Shown piece by piece: positions 38,578-48,823 of a stretch of DNA of 64,000 nt. Numbering within the stretch: the stretch's first letter is position 1; every line of letters begins with the position of its first letter. The stretch comes from Elsinoe ampelina (taxonomy: Eukaryota). Below the pieces are notes generated by a model. The model made no database searches. It had not been told where the DNA came from and saw only the letters and a list, made by a program, of their open reading frames with translations. Position numbers and translations under genes: made by a program. The stretch covers positions 165,588-229,587 of the forward strand of contig ML992509.1 in the NCBI GenBank assembly GCA_010093995.1, given 5' to 3'.

Positions 38578-39294
38578 GGTTGTAATTGCTGCGAGTCACA
38601 AGTGATATGATGAAGACGACAAAGCGGCCGACCCACGGGTCGCATACTCGCCACGGTCTTATCTCGAGATACCCCGCCGCAAGAGGGCTGCAAGATGGGA
38701 GGAGCACAAAGCCATGCATTCAGCTCGGGCAATCGTGGTGTGGTGGTACGAAAGATCTCTGCTGGGCAAAGGACACGCGTGTGATGAGACCGGGCATGTA
38801 AAGGCTAATCGGACCATTGTAGCGCGATTAGGGTCAATAGGAGCGAAGAGAGTGATGAGTTCTTGTGGTGAAAATAGCCTGCATTACACCTGGACGAGCG
38901 GATTGTCGTGCCTTCTTTTTCGGAGGCGTCGCAGCTGGAGCGGTCTCTCAGCAAATAGGTGACGTGGCTCTGCCTCAGGCATCATGCTATTCGCTGCAAT
39001 GAAGAGCTTGTGCAGTACGAGATACGAAGTGGCTGCTGCATGTGTGCGGCTGAAAGTGATGTCGCATGAAAGAAGGAAGAAGAGGTGGAGGGCGGACGAA
39101 GCTCTGGACCTCAGCCGAGGTGCGGCTGAGATGTTCATCTCACAGCGACTCGACACTGCAGATGTTCTGGTCAATCATCATGAATTTTGTGAGGCAAATC
39201 TACTGTGTCTAGTATGCCAACCGTATTGCAAAGAATCGTACAAGAATAATAGCAACTGTTTCGCCGTCGTGGACCAATGCAAATGCGTGGACAA

Positions 39295-40572
39295 CTAGTC
39301 CGAATTACGAGCCCAGAAGCCTTGTTCGAGCGACCTGGTGTTCAGCTGCGGGAATGTCAGTGAACTTCTTGCTTCATCTGGACTGATCTACTCACGAAAG
39401 TGGTGTCAATGTTCTTGAGGTCTGAAACGCCCAAATTGGCGGCATCAGAGATGATCTCCGACTTGAGGATGCTGATGACCTTCTCAACACCGGGCTGTCC
39501 GTAGACGTTGGAGTACATGAATGGTCTGCCGAGACCGACAGCCTTGACGCCGAGGGCCAACAGCTTGAGCACGTCGGTGCCGTATCTCACACCACCATCA
39601 GCAAGAACATCGACCTGCTTGAAGACCTCGGGGGCGTTCTCGTAGATGTCGAGGGCAATCTCGAGCGACGAAGGCGAGCCATCAAGCGAGCGGCCACCGT
39701 GGTTGGAGATGTAGATGGCAGGAGCACCGTTCTTGACCGCGAGCTGCGCATCCTCTGCGTTCTGGATACCCTTGGGGATGATGGGCAGGGTAGTGGTGTT
39801 CTTGAGACGAGCATACAAGTCCCAAGTCAAAGAGACAAGCTCCGTGTTCGCGCTACCCTGGCCGAACCTCGCGGCACGGTGACGGATAGGAGCACCCGGC
39901 GCATCAACAGTCAAGACAACAGCCTTGGTCCCAGCTCTTTCGGCCCGGCGGATATTGTTCTCGAGCACGCTGAAGTTGGCAGCCGAGTAGAATTGCCACA
40001 TGAGAACCTGGCTGGAGTTGCCCTTTGCCGCGCCGATCTCCTCAATGGAGAGGGTCGCGTAGAGGGCCGGCATATACAGGATCTCGCCGGCGGCGGCGCC
40101 GCGCACGAGATTGGCCTCGGCCTCTGGGTGTGCATAGCCGGCGCGGGCGGCGGGTGCGATGAAGAATGGGGCGCTGAAGTTGTAGCCAAGGATGCTCGTG
40201 CTGTGGGGAAATTAGTCCGTACGGCACGGTTAATATATGGGGGCGTGTTGGCACGAACCTGAGGGTCTTGCCTACTCCGGTAACGTCGTTGAGGACTTTG
40301 GGCCTGAAGCGGATTCGCTGGTAGACCTCGAGGTTGTTGCGGTACGAGTATTCACCACCTGATCCGGCGCGGTAGTATGTGTAGTTTGTGTCGCTGAGGT
40401 ATTGACGGGCTGCCCATTCGAAATCTGGAAGAGCCACAATGCCGGAGAGCGGTGGGAGCTGGCCTTCGGTGATGTTTCCGTACACAAGCTCAATACCAGT
40501 GTCCGCCTCATTGAGGAATTCGCGCGCCGCGAGGGCGGTACCGGCGAGGAGAGAGACGGTAGAGAAACGCAT
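39295..40572 (-). CDS. FMN-dependent alpha-hydroxy acid dehydrogenase/oxidase with signal-peptide-like N-terminus (introns 40201..40258, 39346..39395; ~389 aa)
   Basis: YTYYRAGSGGEYSYRNN, VVLTVDAP, PIIPKGIQ, ISNHGGRSLDG, DGGVRYGTDVLKLLALG, GLGRPF. Confidence 0.9.
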
Positions 40573-41435
40573 GTTGACGATGGACGCAAGTGCAAAGGCA
40601 GATTGAACTGGAATGCAGAGTGGCCATACAGACCTTATAAATGAAGCACCTACCTTAGCTGGGACAGCATTTGTTGCATTCCTTGACCTACGCAAGTTCG
40701 CTCGTACCGGGACGAAACTTTTCCTGGCTCGGGACGCGCAATATCGAGGCTGGATAATAGCAGGAGCCGGGAGTGGAGCGAGCCTAGACAGGTTGTATGG
40801 CATGAATAATGAAGCAACTACTGGAGACCAAACTCCGCCACTACATCTCGGCGCCTTGGCAGGATGGTGTAATTAAATGAGACCCTACTCAAATTCGGCG
40901 CCGTGCACGCTGCAATCACTAATCGCTTGGCCTCCAGGTGCAGTCCAGAAGGCTTCTTCTGCAGGGGGAGTGTCCCTGATTGGCAGGGTGCATAGTTATT
41001 TCGTTTGCCTGCGGCGTAGTCGGTGTAGAGTGCGAGGACACCACCGCCGCCGCTGCTAGCTGTAGAGGGAAGGACGTCGGTCTTGCTCCGGTGAAGAACA
41101 AAAGGCGCGCGAGTCGCAGCCTTTCGCCGTGCCGCAGAAACTACTGTACAAACGAGTTGGCGCAAATGCAGGTCCCGATGAAAGTCCGCACTGGAGACCA
41201 AGGTTTTTTGACACACGAGAATGATCTTCCGCCGGCTCCGAAGCGACATCGATCTTCATGCTCTTCTGTTCAGCCCTAGATGAAGATCAAACGAGGATGT
41301 TCCAGAACATGTGCACTTCGCCAAAGCCTTCGAAGAACATGCAATATATGATTAAATCCTGACTATATCCGTACGAGTAACCGCGAAACGCCTCGCTGAT
41401 ATCGCTATCAATCATTGATCAGCGATCATGCTGCT

Positions 41436-42579
41436 TCAAGTCGCAGAAGACGCATTCCTTTCTCCGTCGGTCCCGCTGCTCGTGCCCTCTTCGGCTTCCC
41501 GTTGTTGGACTTTGCTACGATCAGCATGCTTCAGCGGGTCGAAGACGTAGATCGGAAACTCGAGAAAGATGGTCCTCTTTACCCACACCGGTAGCTTGAC
41601 GTAGATTTGCGGCGGGAACGGAATGAGCATCGAGGTCTTTTTGAGATAGGCCGAATATTCGGGCCAGCCGGTACCTTGCTCGTACTTCTTCTTTGCTGCG
41701 GGACGTTCTTGCAGTGTCAAGCCAGACACAAACATCAGAAGCAAAGTGAGGAAGAGCGGGCCGACGATCGACAGGTACAAGGCCACACCGGGAGCACCAA
41801 ATACATCACCAGTGTCTGCTGGAGCTACTGCAATCATGTAGATAGCTGCGCGAAGGTCAGTACTTGTCATGACTTGTACACTTGTGCAAGTGACATACCA
41901 AATTGCACCAAGATCTCGCCAGCGTAGTTCGGGTGTCTCGAGAACTTCCAGAACCCCTTGTCACAGATTTCCTTCGGTCCCTTGTGTCTCATCTTGAACC
42001 TGTACTTCTCCACGTCCGCAATCGCCTCCATCAAGAAGCCAATAGCAAAGAAGATGACACCCGCGATATCGCTGGGCTGTCCAAACAGTGGCTGCGTGAA
42101 TCCGAGCCTGATGTTCGGGCTGTTGATCAACGTGACCGGGAGACTGACTGTCCACACCCACAGCATCTGGAAGACCCAGAAGCCGAGGAAGGGAAAGAAC
42201 TTGTCCCTCTTGTCATCGAAGCGGTCATCTTTCCCGGTCTTGATGATGCGGAAGAGGAGGAAGCCAGATAGGCGGAGCGCCCAGGCGATGAGGAAGAGGG
42301 AGACGACGATTTGTCTTGGGTTGGGATCTTGCGAGAAGGCGAGAGTTATGATAGCGAGGACTGCGAAGTTGGTGCCGCCGGCAAAGTCGGTGAGCTACGC
42401 GGTGTGTCAGTCCCCGGTTTGGCTGTCAATTGTGTCTAGTGCTTCCATACCTTGTCGAACTTGAGCGTCCATGCTATCGAGAAGAAGAAGAGCTGGTATA
42501 CGATCGTGATGAGGAGGGTGATTGCTAGGTAGTAGTCGTCGAGGACTCTGACTGCTCGAGTCCCACCGTAGGAAGCCAT
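41436..42579 (-). CDS. DUF1295 / steroid 5-alpha-reductase-like membrane protein (introns 42395..42450, 41846..41898; ~344 aa)
   Basis: VLDDYYLAITLLITIVYQL, FDK|LTDFAGGTNF, LWVWTVSLPV, GFWKFSRHPNYAGEI, VSGLTLQERP. Confidence 0.88.
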
Positions 42580-43031
42580 GTTTGGGATGTGCCAGTTGGT
42601 GTTATGGTGAAGAGGTGCTTCATCTAGCAACGACGACGTCCAACTCTACTTGTACCACCGTTCGGGGCTGTGTGCATGGATCGTGACTATGTTCTCAAAG
42701 TCGTGACGTGGAAAAATACCCAATCCTGCGGCCGTAGATCGTGATGCGTCGACTCGATGCGAAATGTCATGTTCCAGACAAAAGAGTCGGTGACATCATG
42801 GTTCACGGCCTCGATGCCGGTCGGAGTTCGTCCCGCCGACAAGATCGCCGAACACTTGGTGATCCCCGACTTCACCTTCTTCATCTTACGGACGATATAA
42901 GGCTCCGACTGAAAAGCAACGCTTACTTGTACAATTAGAACAGTCTAGTCTACATTTTGACCTCAACTTGCGAAAACCACATCACCGTCTGCACACTCCA
43001 CCACCTTCCATGTCCGCCTCGAACCATGCGA

Positions 43032-44715
43032 TCAGTAAAACTCCACCGCCAATCTGTTATTGGCACTGGCAACGTCTGGCACGCCTGATCCTCCCTGGAC
43101 ATATGCCTGACGTCTTATATGGTCCTGCGCCTTGATGGCCGCCTGATTCGGTCCTCCCATCCAGTTGCCCATGGTCGTGTCGATGACCATCTTCCCATCT
43201 GCACGCTTCCTCATGGCGGCGGGCGGTGCTTTGATCGGCTGGGTGAAGCCGTTGGACACTTTCGTACCATCGGTGCTTCGAATCATGGCTGGTCCGTCAT
43301 TGCCCTGCTGGACACTGATGTCGCCATGGGCCTTCTTGTCATCGGCGGCTTGGAGTTGGAACTCGACCCAGGTGGCAGGGATGAGCTTGCCACGTTGAAC
43401 CCGGCCCTTGAACGTCATGGGTAAAGGGACAAAAATCGTCTTTCCAGGTTCGACGCGGACGTTCTTCAACGGCTTGTCAAAGTTCGCACCCGCGGTACCA
43501 TTGCCGTTCCAGTAGTTGTCGAAGAAGAAGTAGGTATCTGCGGCTTTGCCTTTGTTGGTCAGGTCGATGCCGGGCCCCTTTGCAGGAGCCTTTGCGACTG
43601 CTGCGTTGACAGCAAAGAGACTGATGGCGGGGAAAGCTGCACTCTCTCGGAGAGACGTGATGGCATCTCTCTCGGTGTCCTGGACTTCGATCGACTCTAC
43701 GGTGACATTGTCCTTTGCGACATTTGGACTCGATGCTTCAGCTTGAGGCATCTCTGTGCTATCCTCAAAGGGTGGAAGGGCAACTTCAGGCGCAGCAAAT
43801 AATGTGAAAGCTTGCACGTCGGCAGCAGGTACTATCGAAGAAGAAAGTCAAATTATGCTCGGTCTAAGTACAGATATTCTACTAACGTCTGAGATTGATG
43901 ACTTGGCCGACCTTGAGTTTAGAGGCGTCGACCCCTGGATTTGCCGCCCGGATTTGTTGTACTGTCAATTTGTGGGCCTGAGCAACGGACCAAAACGTGT
44001 CGCCAGCTTTGATAGTGTACTTGTTATTGGCCGGGGCGGGTTTTGGTGGCGGTGCATCATCTCCAGGGTTTGCATTGCCGTTTCCGTCGTTGTAGGTGAC
44101 GAGAATGTCCTTGTTTCCCTTTGCGGCACTGCTCTGTAAGTATGTCAGTATTTTCGCGGTCAGGCTCGTTGAGATTTGCAGACGTACATTCTGATTGTCC
44201 TGTTGATTGCCGTTGCTGCCGTTCCACGATCCTACGCCGACGTAGCCGTAGCCTCCTGCGAAGGTACGGACCCAGTCCTCCAGCTTCGGGTTGCTAGCAG
44301 GCTTGTCTACTCGGATGACCTTCCCACTACCATCAAGATGAACAGCTCCCTTAATGGCATTCTTCGTGTTTTGGTCCGTCTTTTGCCACTTGGCATTGCA
44401 CGCCTGCATGAGAGTCGGATGACCCTTGAGCGTTGACCTATCGCCAGCTTGCATGATCGTCAAGTTACCACCGAGCCCTACGATATAGCTCATGTCGAAG
44501 AAATCATTTCCTCCGAAGCCTTTCTTGGTGATCTCGGCTTGTTCGCCCTCAACGCCTCCATGAACGGCTATGATGGCGCCGCTTGAGCCATCAGGTGCGT
44601 TGATGTTGACTTTGCTACGAGCCGGCACGTCGATGTTCTTATTCCCGTTCCAACCATGGACCAAGAAGGTCTGTCTTTGACCGGATTTGTTGTGGACAGT
44701 AATGGTACGAGACAT
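43032..44715 (-). CDS. Thaumatin-like domain + LysM + second thaumatin-like domain, no signal peptide (introns 44134..44187, 43832..43886; ~524 aa)
   Basis: LysM KYTIKAGDTFWSVAQAHKLTVQQIRAANPGVDASKLKVGQVINL is clear; GTTAGT..TTGAC..TAG intron joins ORF 43882..44715 in frame to ORF 43032..43817; thaumatin resemblance from ITVHNK/IDLTNK starts, AEIT..FFDMSYIVG and ATWVEFQL..GDISVQQG. Confidence 0.7.
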
Positions 44716-45722
44716 CTGGATTGATGTATGGATGAGATGCGATGGCGATGTGCTTGGTGTTGTGTCAAGATTGATGGATAATGATGTTTGTTGCTAAAGG
44801 AAATGCGGATTCGAGCGGTATGATTGTACTTATTCTCTTGCCTCCGTAGTCAAAGGCCGAGGGCAGCGTCGTTCTCGAGGCTCTTCATCGCACTACCAGC
44901 ATGAAGGAGCGCACCGCCTCCAGCAGATGAGCATCAGCTTCTAAGACTGGCATACGCCTAATTTACGACAGCTAGACAGCGGGTGAGCGACGCGTATCCC
45001 CGAGTCCTCCAATGCAGGCACAATGGCCATGCTCATTTCGAGCTGTTCTCCTTTGAGGCAAAGATGTTGTCCCACGCTCACTGCAGCACGTCCAACTTGA
45101 CGAATCAGAGTATTAGAAGACCTGTATGACAGTGTCGGCGCATCGGGAATTTGACAGCCTTGCTGAGGTGAGAGAAGGAGAGATGAAGTTGCTCAGGTGC
45201 GGCGGATCCAAGTGCGCGGACACATGGCCAAAGCTTGACACCGCCTCTTTCCTTCTGCGCACCACTCAGCTTCCTCCCTTTCATTCTACATCTCGGTACA
45301 CTTGTGCGGAAGGATCTATCCCTTGATGCTAAAGAAAGGCGCACCAGTTCTAGAAGATCGACGGTCATGATTTTGGTGCCTTCGGAAACGGAAGTGGCAC
45401 AATCCCATCGCTTAGTCCTCAGCTCCATACACGCTGACAGTACCTCAGCGACCTTCAAACCCCGTCTTGCCTCGGACCTGATCAATCATGGCCCGAGTGG
45501 CTGATACAGTGTAATTCCTCCAAAGTCAGCAATCCTTTGAGAGGCGCAGCGATCAGGTCAGATTCTGTCAACCGCTTCAGCTGCACAGAGTGACTGTAAC
45601 GACGAAAGGTAAGCTACTCTTCATATACACCATCTGGGTGCCCTGTCAACCGACAATACAACTTTTGAACCCTTCACGATAAACCTCTCAACGACAAATT
45701 GCCCACCCATTAGAACATCACA

Positions 45723-46484
45723 ATGTCTCGCCCAGCTGGTCCTAACAAACGCTCTCTTGCTTGGTCCTACAGCAACACTCGCGATAAGCCCAGCGCTATC
45801 GACAAGCTCAACTTCAAGGGACCTATCACCTCGGTCAGCAATTGGGAAGCATGGTACCCAGCCGAGCTCAAGCATCGTCTCGCCTTCAGGCCCATGTGCC
45901 ACAGCAAGGATAGGATTAATGATCCCAACTGGAAGAATGTAGAGAATACTACCAAGGACTCGGTCATCCACTTCTTCAACGAACCTGAGCGTGCCAATAC
46001 TACTCCGGCAGAAGCAGCGCAGCTCTGGCGCCAGCATATGATTCCTCTCCGCAAGCGCAACAACAAGATCGTCAGCCCATCTTGCGCGTCCGACCCTGCC
46101 GGTACGAACTGGCTTCATGCATTCATGGATCTGACCAAGGATGTCTCTCCAGACTATGTTGGTGTTCACTGGTATGGCGAGCATAGTGCCGACATGATCA
46201 AGTATCTCCAGGACATTCACAAGAAATACCCCAACAAGAAGATCATTGTGTCCGAATGGGCTTGCATTGTTCGCGACGGCCGTAAGGTGGTTGACTTTAC
46301 AGTTGATATGTGCAACTGGCTGGACAAGACCGATTGGATCTTTGAGCATGCCCTTTTCGGAGCTACCCTCAAGCCCGCCGACGATTTTGTCTCGGTCTAC
46401 GCCCAGCTCATGAACCCCGACGGCTCTTGGACACCCCTTATGCGCTGGTACATGAATGATCAGCCTATGAAGAAGCCTGCTTGA
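45723..46484 (+). CDS. GH128 (Glyco_hydro_cc/Asl1-like) beta-1,3-glucanase, no signal peptide
   Basis: KRSLAW, NWEAW, FRPMCH, acid/base HFFNEPE, DYVGVHWY, nucleophile IIVSEWA; intronless. Confidence 0.85.
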   Translation: MSRPAGPNKRSLAWSYSNTRDKPSAIDKLNFKGPITSVSNWEAWYPAELKHRLAFRPMCHSKDRINDPNWKNVENTTKDSVIHFFNEPERANTTPAEAAQLWRQHMIPLRKRNNKIVSPSCASDPAGTNWLHAFMDLTKDVSPDYVGVHWYGEHSADMIKYLQDIHKKYPNKKIIVSEWACIVRDGRKVVDFTVDMCNWLDKTDWIFEHALFGATLKPADDFVSVYAQLMNPDGSWTPLMRWYMNDQPMKKPA

Positions 46485-47309
46485 GAGCTTGACTGGGACC
46501 GGCGTTGGTTGTTTGTTCGTGTTAGATAGCCTACAGACCATGTACTCATAATCAATCTGTCTTTACAATCTATCTTTATTCTTGATACATTGTCCCTTTC
46601 AATCATTCTGTGAACCCATCGTCAATCAAACGCACCCATTTGCTATTGTGCTTTACTGGTGTTGACAATGACACGACGATATGCCCGGGAGACATACTGG
46701 TCCTCACGCAAGCATTGCTACCACAGTGATCATTGCCAGTCTCGGAGGTCCGCTTCGGGACTTCACTCCTCTATCCCTCTGCAGTGCGTTTGCCAGTAAC
46801 TCACAGCTCGCGGATTGCAGTAAGCCTTTTCCAGGCAAACCCTGGATTTCCTAGTCCCAAGATAGCAATACGTGGTATGCTATAGCTGAGTCGTGGCAGG
46901 AAGCGGCGCAGCCAAGGACAGCCACGCACCGACAATGTCGAATCTCACCTGAGACCAAGCCGCCTCTATTCGTACCCTGCGATCCTGGATCTGACCCTCG
47001 TCAGCTACTTCTGGAATATCCGACCGGGTGCCTTGTCATCCGACGTCCGGACAAGCCGCATGTGTACACTTCCATGCCAGGTATGACGGGGGCCTCACAA
47101 CGCTGGCAAAGATGCACATCGCCAGCCACTCCAGGATAAGGCATAGGCTGACTAGACCAGCAGAGGTCTGTTGCTGAGTAGCTGACTGCACTTCGTGTGC
47201 TGTTTTATCATTTGAAAAGCATATATATTTACATTGCGTTTGTCCTTCTTGGTATCATCACCACTATCTCAGCAGGAATCCGTACTACAAGACAAGACGA
47301 AATACCACC

Positions 47310-48206
47310 ATGCCTCAATACAAGATCAAAGCAGGCGATACCTTTGACAAGATTGCCAAAGCCCACAACATTCCCCTCCAATCCCTCCTCTCCGCCAATC
47401 CCGGCGTGAACCCCTCCACTCTACAAGTCGGCCAAACCATCAACCTCCCTGGTGCCAGCGGCGCCCCCGCTCCAGCCGTGACCAAGTACCAGATCAAAGC
47501 AGGCGACACCCTCGACAAGATTGCCAAATCCAACTCCATCTCCCTCCAAGCCCTCCTCGCCGCAAACAAAGGCATCAACCCCTCCGCCCTCCAAATCGGC
47601 CAAACCATCTCCATCCCCAAAGGTCCCGCACCCTCCGGGTCCGGCGGCGCCAAAGGACCCCAATCCATCGGCGGCGGCTACGTCAACTACACCGGCGGCG
47701 CCTCGTCCTTCCCAGACCCCTCACGCTGGGCCCCGTACGACGTCCTCGTCAAGCAAAACGAGCGCCTCATCCGCCTCAACGCCTCGGCCGACGAAACAGG
47801 CATGATCATCAAAGCCATCAACCAGGTCTCCAAAGAATCCGGCGTCGACGCCCGCTGCATCCTCTGCACCGTCGTGCAGGAATCAGGCGGCAACCCGCGC
47901 GTGGTGGCGACGAACAACGGCGTGCATAACCCGGGGTTGATGCAGAGCCATAACGGCGTGGGGTTCGACGCGAAGGATCCGTGGGGGAGTATCCTGCAGA
48001 TGATCAGGGATGGGACGACGGGGACGGAGAGTGGGGATGGGTTGAAGCACTTGAGGGCCAAGTATGGGAATTGGTATGAGGCGTTTAGGGGGTATAATTC
48101 GGGGAGTGTGGATAGGGGGGATTTGAATGATGCTATGGGGGCGACGCAGTGGTATGTGAGAGATATGGCGAATCGGTTGATGGGGCATGTTTGGCCTAAT
48201 ATGTAG
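47310..48206 (+). CDS. Two LysM domains + lysozyme-like (SLT/GH23-type) domain, no signal peptide
   Basis: Two YxIKAGDTxDKIAK..LQxLLxANxGxNPSxLQxGQTI repeats; VDARCILCTVVQESGG (catalytic Glu position), NPGLMQ, AFRGYNSG; ACCACCATG start context. Confidence 0.85.
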   Translation: MPQYKIKAGDTFDKIAKAHNIPLQSLLSANPGVNPSTLQVGQTINLPGASGAPAPAVTKYQIKAGDTLDKIAKSNSISLQALLAANKGINPSALQIGQTISIPKGPAPSGSGGAKGPQSIGGGYVNYTGGASSFPDPSRWAPYDVLVKQNERLIRLNASADETGMIIKAINQVSKESGVDARCILCTVVQESGGNPRVVATNNGVHNPGLMQSHNGVGFDAKDPWGSILQMIRDGTTGTESGDGLKHLRAKYGNWYEAFRGYNSGSVDRGDLNDAMGATQWYVRDMANRLMGHVWPNM

Positions 48207-48823
48207 ATATGGATTGGGAAATGGAGCATGGCATGGAGGGCATAGGGGGTCTTGCATTGTGCATTAGCTGATATTACCTTGACATGGCCACCATTTTCGT
48301 GGAAATTGGGCGGAAGAAATAGATATCCATAAAGTCCAGAATCAACTTGTCCAGTCTTTCAGGTTGTTTCTCACCTAAGGCTAAAACGATCCGTGAAGGG
48401 GAGGAAGTCTGCTGTTGGAGAGCATGACCAAGCAGAATCCTTGACGCGACCTATTTGGGCCCCACAGAAGCCATGAAGGCACTGCTAGTGCCATCACGCA
48501 GAATGTGCATCGATATATCAGCTCCAGTGCTAGATGCCATCGGGTGGTTTGTCAGAGGGAGAAAGATGGAGCTGCTTGTGAGAGACGCATGTGAGTATGG
48601 GAGCCGACTGACCAATCCCTGTGCAGAAGCGGAGCCGCACAGAGCCGCGTGGAAGACCTCGCTCCAAACTGCAACGGCTCCAGATATACCGTCGTCCTGG
48701 TCCGACCGACGTCCGAAACCTAGCCAACGACGACCAATACTTTAGTCTCTTGAGCGGATTGGCCTGGTCGACCGACGCTGGTGGACGATGACCTGGCACG
48801 GGTGAGAGTCACGGGTGAGAGTC

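Noticed and set aside
45621..46541. 306-aa antisense ORF over GH128, and similar shadow ORFs over sconB, RIO1 and the kinase
   Set aside because: Antisense or alternate-frame shadows of well-supported genes in GC-rich codon usage
47197..47409. Hydrophobic ORF (MLFYHLKSIYIYIAFVLLGII) as a signal peptide for the LysM-SLT gene
   Set aside because: Starts at GTG, lies in a different frame, overlaps a TATA-like run; I saw no splice path joining it to the ORF
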